The position numbers were made by a program, and so were the translations under genes. Shown here one piece after another: positions 58,901-64,000 of a DNA stretch of 64,000 nt. Position 1 is the stretch's first letter; each line of letters begins with the position of its first letter. Source of the DNA: Armatimonadota bacterium (lineage in GTDB: Bacteria > Armatimonadota > SYMT01); assembly GCA_041690135.1 (NCBI GenBank), contig JAWLHY010000003.1:288001-352000 (forward strand), given 5' to 3'. The notes under the pieces were generated by a model. That model was not told the DNA's origin, searched no databases, and saw nothing but the letters and a program-made list of their open reading frames with translations.

Positions 58901-60337
58901 CGAGAGGCCCATCAGGTCGCGCACCTGCTCGATTTCGCGCATCCGGGCCTCGGCGCGGCGCTCGTCCTTCATCCAGCGGGTCAGGAAAAGGCGGATCTGG
59001 CTGCGGTCGAACCCTTCCAGGTAGGTGAAACGGCTGCGTGGCAGGCGGGCGACCTCGTGCCCCAGGGAAGTGCGCACCTGGTGGTCGTTCTCGAAATGCT
59101 GGGTCCGGCTGGTAACGACGAGGCGGGCATTCCCCCGCACCGCCTGGAGCAGCGCGCGGAAGTGCTCCCCGGCGCGGGTGTAGGTCACCCGGAGGGCCAG
59201 CTCATCAAACCCGTCAAACAGCAGGACCAGGCGTCCCTGCTCCAGCATGTAATTGAAGGCGGGCAGGTCGATCCGCTGCATGCCGCACCGCGTCAGGTGT
59301 TGCGCGATGAGGCTCTCCAGTTCCTGCGCCTTCTCCAGGCCCCGGAGCTCGATCAAGAGCGGGATCGGGGTGTCCGCGTCCGGCGTGGTTTCCAGCCGGT
59401 GCGTGAGGCGGCGTGCCAACTGGCGGAGCAAGAACGACTTACCATGCCCGAAGTTGCCGAGCACCAGCACGAAGCGCCCCTGGGGTTCCGATACCCACTG
59501 CTCCAGCACTTCCAGGGCATTCGGCTCCCGCCGCTCTTCTTCCCCAAAACGGTAGCGCAGGCGCTGGGGAACATACAGCTCCGCCGGATAGCGCTGGTCC
59601 GCGGCCAGGCGCTCCATCTGAGTGCGGAGGTAGGGGCGGAAGTCGATCAACTCCTGGTACGCCCGCACACTGGTCAGGCGGATGCGGTGTCGCCGCGCCT
59701 CCTGGGCCAGTTCCGCCGCGGGGGTGCCGCCACATACCAGGACGGATACCGCTCCGGGGTCTGCCGCGCGCACCCCGTCGTGGAGCTTGCGGAAGGCCTG
59801 CAGATGCCGGGCGCCGCACTCCTGCGCGGTGATGCCGAGGGCGTATTCTCGCGAAAAGTCCGCGTCGAGCCCCACACAAACTCGGAAACAGCCGTCCAGC
59901 ACCCCGGATGGGTCTTCAAGCCGCTCCAGCTCGACCCCCTCCCGCCCCTCCCGCAGCCGGCATGCCTGGGCGATCTGCTGGACCAGCGGGTAAGCAGCCT
60001 CGCGCAGCAGGGCCTCGGTCGTGATCTCCCGGTTCTCTTTGTGCAAAGGCCTGGCGTTGGGTTGCAGCTCCTGCGCCGTCGCGATGAGGAGTTCGTGACC
60101 GGGGTTGTTGCGCAGCGCCGCCTCCAGCAAGGCCGTGAGGCGGTCCTCCTCTAGCGCCCACCGGAGGAGGTCCATGACCACCGCCTCCTGGGTCTCCCCC
60201 GAACTGACACGTCGCAGGTTGACGTTCAGCTCCTGCAGCGTCATCCGCGCCAGGTCCACGCGGCGGGGGAAGGCCGCGAGCAGTGCCTCGCGGAGGCGGG
60301 CTTGTTGTTCGGCGGTAAGACTTTCGCGGCTGTTCAC
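55946..60337 (-). CDS. NLR-like STAND protein: EAD1 - REase-like domain - NACHT - pentapeptide repeats - 14x WD40
   Basis: N-terminal LREALLAAFP...VVMDLLRWALEEDRL..LLEAALRNNPG (EAD1-like); Walker A GNFGHGKS; Walker B LLFDGFDE; VTSR; FIHQSVMEF; A(D/N)LxG repeats; GH..WE repeats. GTG start at 60337 lies 6 nt after TATAAT. Confidence 0.88.
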   Translation of the reverse strand: MNSRESLTAEQQARLREALLAAFPRRVDLARMTLQELNVNLRRVSSGETQEAVVMDLLRWALEEDRLTALLEAALRNNPGHELLIATAQELQPNARPLHKENREITTEALLREAAYPLVQQIAQACRLREGREGVELERLEDPSGVLDGCFRVCVGLDADFSREYALGITAQECGARHLQAFRKLHDGVRAADPGAVSVLVCGGTPAAELAQEARRHRIRLTSVRAYQELIDFRPYLRTQMERLAADQRYPAELYVPQRLRYRFGEEERREPNALEVLEQWVSEPQGRFVLVLGNFGHGKSFLLRQLARRLTHRLETTPDADTPIPLLIELRGLEKAQELESLIAQHLTRCGMQRIDLPAFNYMLEQGRLVLLFDGFDELALRVTYTRAGEHFRALLQAVRGNARLVVTSRTQHFENDHQVRTSLGHEVARLPRSRFTYLEGFDRSQIRLFLTRWMKDERRAEARMREIEQVRDLMGLSHNPRMLSFIAELEDEDLQAAKREGEAITAAGLYEQLIERWFRYEVQRAQPSGAPPTLSPQDRWEAVTQVALRLWDRLEASVNVRDLTEEMQARLLSLDANPVDAAGAAFQVGSGTLLQRDGEGNFSFIHQSVMEFLIARRVARDLQERGESSTLGTREFSLLMREFLVGLAEKEALVAWSLGALHGGGSGETAAMNARALLARLGRSAPERYAGKELRGSDFTGQDLRGAYFREANLREALLRQANLAEADLTGAELTGADLAGANLKCSLLTKARLHGARLDGAELDEADLTGASFVQASLLGTRLHGTHMEGADLWRARTAGTNPPLRDEQPLPLTQRPVGRIQDVALHPRGDVLAGACGSVVVLWDMGTGQELRHLAGHTGDVTSVGWDPQGEWLASGSDDRTVRIWEASTGRAVRHLQGHTGSVTSVAWHPQGEWLASGSDDRTVRIWEASADREVQRLKGHAGSVTSVGWDPQGERLASGSDDRTVRIWEASTGRELRRLEGHAGSVTAVAWHPQGERLVSGCDDRTLRIWEISTGRELRRLKGHTEFVTCVTWAPEGERLASGSGDRTVRIWEASTGRELRRLDGHAHWVRCVVWDPQGKRLASGSEDRTVRIWEASTGREVLRLKGHTVWVRCVAWDWQGQRLASASHGETVRIWETSTGREVQRLDGHRTHVTCVAWHPQGERLASGSDDETVRIWEASTGREVQRLDGHRANVTSVAWHPQGVRLASGCDDRTLRIWEASTGRELRRLEGHGGSVTSVAWHPQGERLVSGSSDRTVRIWEASTGRELRRLEGHTNSLASVAWHPQGERLVSGSSDRTVRIWEASTGRELQRMQRHTSRVTAVAWSAGGERLASGDEKGVIQLWTVQLAQEPVRVAGHEGGVLALAWDPWGKRLASGSEDGTIRIWDVESGRCLAVLAPLPEGWAAFTPEGRYRVGGDPTGFWHAIGLCRYEPGELDPYYPGLRLKDDELLIPPPA
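56125..57886 (-). repeat. Tandem 126-bp (42-aa) WD40-coding repeats with high nucleotide identity
   Basis: CCGGTGCTCGCCTCCCAGATCCGCACCGTCCG recurs with a 126-bp period. Confidence 0.92.
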
Positions 60338-60343
60338 ACCGAG

Positions 60344-60351
60344 ATTATACT
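60344..60351. promoter_or_regulatory. Overlapping divergent -10 elements (bidirectional promoter)
   Basis: TATAAT on the minus strand (60349-60344) and TATACT on the plus strand (60346-60351) in the 76-bp gap. Confidence 0.5.
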
Positions 60352-60413
60352 TGATTGGTCTTCCATAAAACGCGACCGCAGCCCCGGGGTTCATCCCACA
60401 GCAAAGGCGTTCC

Positions 60414-62171
60414 ATGCCCGATCTCACTTCCGACCAGCGCGTCGCGCTCCAAACAGCCCTCACCGAGACCTTCTCCTCCGTCGCCACCCTGGCGGGCGCG
60501 GTGGCGGCCGCCGTGAACGTTCCGGTGCAAGAGATCACCACGGCCACCGGGGATGCAGCCGTTGCGGATGCGGCGTTCGAAGTCGTGGAATGGGCCCTGG
60601 ACGAAGACCGCGTGGAGGAGCTTCTCCGGTTGATCCGGAAGCAGAACCCGCTTCACCCCGGGGCGCTCCGTCTCGCGGGAGAGTTGCTGAAGGAAGCGCC
60701 GGAGGCGGTCATCCGCGAGTTTGAGCGGCAACTCCTGCCCGCGGGCAGTGGAGACACCCTGGAGTTGCTGCGAGAACGGGTGCTCCCGGCCGTGCGCCGG
60801 GCGGGACGGGCCGACCTGGAGACGGAGGTTCTGCGCCGGTTGTTCACGGCGCCCTGGCTCCTCCGGTCGCTGGAGGTGCGCTCCGTTCGAAACGTCGAGC
60901 ACGTTCTTCTGAAATTCGACCGGTCCCTGCGCCCCGGGCAATGGCTGTTCCTGGTGGGAGAGAACGGCGCCGGCAAGAGCTCGCTGCTCCGCGCGATCTG
61001 TCTCGCGCTCTGCAGCGACGCCGCGGCCAACGCGCTGCTGGGCTATCTCTCCGCAGACGCGCCCACCATCCGGCGCGGCTCCGATACCGCGCGCGTCGAG
61101 CTCACCGGCGGCTGGCCGGTGCCTCCCCGGGTGGTGCGGAGGGCGGAGCGCCTCGAACAGGTGGAGGCGCGACTGGAGTTCTCCCCGCCCTTCCTCGTGG
61201 CATACGGCGCGCGGAGAGGGTCCGCCGCGGGCGGTACAACCGAAAATGTGATGAGGGAGCTCGACAATCCGGTTGCCGCGGTGGCGACGTTGTTCGACGA
61301 GCGCTCTCCGGTGATTTCCGCGCAGGTCTGGCTAACCGACGAAGCCGACGCGGCCGAACGGGCCGGCTCCGGGTCGGAGCGGGACGCCTTCCTTCGGGCC
61401 GTGGAGCGCGCCCTGGCCGGCTTCCTGCCCGGTGGCGCTGAAGCCAATTCCATGGAAGTGACCGGCGAAGGGGTCTGGGTAACAGGCCCCCAGGTCGGGA
61501 CCCACACGCCGCTGGCGGCGTTGAGCGACGGCTATCTCACCACGCTGGGGTGGACCGTCGACTTCATCGCTCGCTGGGCCGCTGAAGCACGCCGCCGGGG
61601 CCTCCCGGTCGACGGGGAGTTCGCCCAGCGGATGGCGGGGGTGGTCCTGGTGGACGACATCGACGTGCACCTGCACCCACGCTGGCAGTACACGCTGGTG
61701 GACGACCTGAGCCGGACCTTTCCCCAGCTCACCTTTGTGGTCACCACGCACAACCCGCTGACGCTGCTCGGCGCCGAAGAGGGCGAGGTACACCTCGTTC
61801 GCCAGGGAGCGGAGGGTGTCGTCGAAGTCCGGCAGATCGACATTCCTCTCGGGATGGACGTCGACCAGATCCTTACCGGGGAATGGTTCGGGCTTCCCGC
61901 CACCCTGGACCCGGACACCGTCGCGCTCATCCGCCGGTACCAGGCCGCCCTGCTGGAAGACCATGCATCGCCGGAGACCAGGCAGCTCCAGCGAGACCTC
62001 ATCCGGCGGCTGGGGAGCCCCTGGCCCCGGGAGTCCACCGGTTTGCTGAGCAGCGAATCCGCGGAACGCGCGGAGCCGGCATCCGATGCCACCCGCCGCA
62101 AGGCCTCGGAGTGGCTGGCCGCGCGGCGGCGCGCCCGCGGGAGCGGGCCGGCAGGAGATCCGCAGGCATGA
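60414..62171 (+). CDS. EAD1-fused ABC-type (AAA_21) ATPase, Septu PtuA-like
   Basis: N-terminal LQTALTETF...AFEVVEWALDEDRVEELLRLIRKQNP (EAD1-like); GENGAGKS; VAYGARR; LSDG signature; VLVDDIDVHLHPRWQ; VTTHNP; ILTGEWFGL. Confidence 0.85.
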   Translation: MPDLTSDQRVALQTALTETFSSVATLAGAVAAAVNVPVQEITTATGDAAVADAAFEVVEWALDEDRVEELLRLIRKQNPLHPGALRLAGELLKEAPEAVIREFERQLLPAGSGDTLELLRERVLPAVRRAGRADLETEVLRRLFTAPWLLRSLEVRSVRNVEHVLLKFDRSLRPGQWLFLVGENGAGKSSLLRAICLALCSDAAANALLGYLSADAPTIRRGSDTARVELTGGWPVPPRVVRRAERLEQVEARLEFSPPFLVAYGARRGSAAGGTTENVMRELDNPVAAVATLFDERSPVISAQVWLTDEADAAERAGSGSERDAFLRAVERALAGFLPGGAEANSMEVTGEGVWVTGPQVGTHTPLAALSDGYLTTLGWTVDFIARWAAEARRRGLPVDGEFAQRMAGVVLVDDIDVHLHPRWQYTLVDDLSRTFPQLTFVVTTHNPLTLLGAEEGEVHLVRQGAEGVVEVRQIDIPLGMDVDQILTGEWFGLPATLDPDTVALIRRYQAALLEDHASPETRQLQRDLIRRLGSPWPRESTGLLSSESAERAEPASDATRRKASEWLAARRRARGSGPAGDPQA

Positions 62172-63154
62172 TCCGGTACCGGCGTCCACCCAAACCGCGG
62201 AACTTCGACGACCGCATGCAGCGGGTCGTGGAGCGTGCCGCTAACCGTGCTGCGGCCGTGGAGAAAGAGAAGGCCCCGGAGCCCTGGAAGCACTACAAGC
62301 GGTACTTCCGCCGTGCCCAGTTCGACAAGTGCGGCTACTGTGAATGTACCTGCGCCAACCATCCGGGGGCTGTCGAGCACTATGCGCCGAAAGGCCAGGT
62401 TTCGCGCCTGGTTTGTTGCGGCGATGAGCGAAGCGGGGACGAGCCCGAGGTTCTCGAGCGCAACGTGGAAGTGTGTTCCTCTACGGGTTACCACTGGCTT
62501 GCGCTGGAATGGGACAACTGGCTTCTCGCATGTTACCGCTGCAACAGCAGTTGGAAGGGCACGTTGTTCCCTCTCCGTGAGGACGATGGGAATCCCTACA
62601 CCCCGAGTGTAGAAGATTGGCCGCGTCGCCTGCTGCTGAACCCGTTCGATCACGATCCGGAACTGGAGCTCGGGTTCGATCACCTGGGAGCGGTTTTCCC
62701 CCACAACGATAGTCCGGCGGGCCGTGCGACCATCGATACCTGTGGTCTCCATCGCATCTCGCTGGTCAACCTCCGTCGGCGGGTTGCTCATCCCGCGGAT
62801 AGTGAAGCCCGGAAACTGAGGAAGGCACTACGCCGGGAAGCTTGGGACAAGGTGGCGGCCCGGCTCAAGCCTTTGGTCCTGGCGGGCCGGAGTTGTATGC
62901 CGCACGCGGGGGCCATACGTAGTTGCCTCCGCATGCGCACCGGGCTTACGTGGGCACAAGCTCGCGTACTTCGCCTCTTCCTCCGGCAGGTCAAACGGTT
63001 TCTTCTGGCGATCGAGCATGACCGGCACATGCACGCCGAGCGGGCTTTGCGCTGGATGAGATTACTCTATGCCTCTCCGTTGGCCCCAAGGGAGTTGCTT
63101 CTCCAGGCGTTTTGCGCCCAGACCGGCGGCAGCGAGGACGACCTCCACGCCTGA
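62168..63154 (+). CDS. HNH endonuclease, Septu PtuB-like
   Basis: ATGA overlap with the ATPase; KCGYCE, VEHYAPK, YHWLALEWDNWLLACYRCN..K..FP, LLNPFDHDP, GRATIDTCGL. Confidence 0.87.
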   Translation: MIRYRRPPKPRNFDDRMQRVVERAANRAAAVEKEKAPEPWKHYKRYFRRAQFDKCGYCECTCANHPGAVEHYAPKGQVSRLVCCGDERSGDEPEVLERNVEVCSSTGYHWLALEWDNWLLACYRCNSSWKGTLFPLREDDGNPYTPSVEDWPRRLLLNPFDHDPELELGFDHLGAVFPHNDSPAGRATIDTCGLHRISLVNLRRRVAHPADSEARKLRKALRREAWDKVAARLKPLVLAGRSCMPHAGAIRSCLRMRTGLTWAQARVLRLFLRQVKRFLLAIEHDRHMHAERALRWMRLLYASPLAPRELLLQAFCAQTGGSEDDLHA

Positions 63155-63235
63155 TCTGCGTCAAGAAGAGGTCGGAAGGGCCGGCCACCCCTATACTCCC
63201 ACACTTCCACACTCCCAAGCCACACAGGCAATCAA

Positions 63236-64000
63236 TCAGTTTAGGGGCGCGTCCGCATCTTCCTCCCGGCTGGCTTTCACCCATCTCTCCGCGTGGCGCA
63301 GCGCGGTTGGAAGCTGTGCCAGGGTCAGCGCACCTCCCAACAGGGCGAGGCTGGAGAGTAGAACAGGCAGGTACGGGCCGAGCCCCAGAGCGTGGCCCGC
63401 TGCGGCGAGGAATACCACGCCTATCAACAGCACCAGGCCCAGGCCGGCGCCCAGTGACCGCCAGGAGGAGTTTCGGGCGTTCCGGGGCCATCCCCGGAAC
63501 GCATCCAGTCCCTGGTACAAGATCAGGCCCACGACCACCGCCGCGGCGCCCGTCCAGACCGGAACCCAATACCAGCCGGCCCCAAACAAGACGGCCATCC
63601 CAACCCAAAGCAATGATGCCGCGAGGCCTGCACCGAACGTGGGAAGCACCTCGATGACCGCGACCCAGAGGGTGCCGCGCACGATCTCGCCGTTCGACAT
63701 GGGCGATAGCCGCAGGTCCTGCCGCTGCTGCCGGTGGGATGCCCCCAGCCCCTCTCCACCGATGGAGCCGGTGAGACTCGCGCCGAACAGGAACCCCAGC
63801 GTCAGCGTGCCTGCTGCGGCCATTAGCCCGGTCTGGGCGCCCAGGTTGAGCCCGGGCAGATTGGCGGGGATCTCCAGCACCGCGGGAAACGGCTGGCCGC
63901 TGCTCCGGCCGGTATGGAGTGCATAGAAGACGGCCCCCAGGATGGAGATGACCCCCATGACGAGAGGGGCGCGGATCAACCGCACGGTCAAGGCGCCGTC
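63236..64000 (-). CDS. Multi-pass membrane protein (possible ABC permease subunit), 5' end outside window
   Basis: About six hydrophobic segments; DLRLSPMSNGEIVRG resembles an ABC-2 permease loop. Confidence 0.6.
   Translation of the reverse strand, partial: DGALTVRLIRAPLVMGVISILGAVFYALHTGRSSGQPFPAVLEIPANLPGLNLGAQTGLMAAAGTLTLGFLFGASLTGSIGGEGLGASHRQQRQDLRLSPMSNGEIVRGTLWVAVIEVLPTFGAGLAASLLWVGMAVLFGAGWYWVPVWTGAAAVVVGLILYQGLDAFRGWPRNARNSSWRSLGAGLGLVLLIGVVFLAAAGHALGLGPYLPVLLSSLALLGGALTLAQLPTALRHAERWVKASREEDADAPLN

Noticed and set aside
60338-60547. ORF-track N-terminal extension of the NACHT protein, and the 61883 start for the HNH gene
   Set aside because: Both extensions overlap the ATPase CDS. 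The EAD domain starts at GTG 60337 and the HNH has an ATGA-coupled start at 62168.
60414-63154. Retron (type I-A) interpretation of the ATPase+HNH pair
   Set aside because: No reverse transcriptase or msr/msd-sized gap nearby; the flanks are the NLR and a membrane protein

Overview
GC-rich bacterial chromosomal window. The gene content suggests an Armatimonadota-like organism (inference): DUF1559/H-X9-DG prepilin-like proteins beginning '[30 protein letters not shown]', CRTAC1/ASPIC-UnbV proteins, PEP-CTERM, PSD1/DUF1549-DUF1553 with DUF1501, DUF3866 and a FliA/WhiG sigma factor. About 40 CDSs are supportable, including miaA, surE, nagZ, pilT, a P450, a flavin-dependent halogenase-like gene coupled to a CPA2 antiporter, and a DUF3494 ice-binding-like surface protein. 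I found no rRNA, tRNA, CRISPR array or transposase. The best candidate for an undescribed system is at 55.9-63.2 kb. An NLR-like gene (EAD1 - REase-like domain - NACHT - pentapeptide - 14 WD40 repeats, most nearly identical) sits head-to-head, 76 bp apart and with overlapping -10 boxes, with a Septu/PtuAB-like operon (ABC-type ATPase + HNH nuclease). The ATPase carries its own N-terminal EAD1-like domain, which suggests an NLR sensor wired to a PtuAB nuclease effector by EAD-EAD pairing. A second theme is intergenic REP-like and 6-8-mer repeat elements inserted in frame into several coding genes. A third is a duplicated DUF1559 pair flanking a CRTAC1/TPR cassette, whose conserved N-termini are almost completely synonymously recoded. 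All domain calls come from motif recognition by eye, not from database searches.
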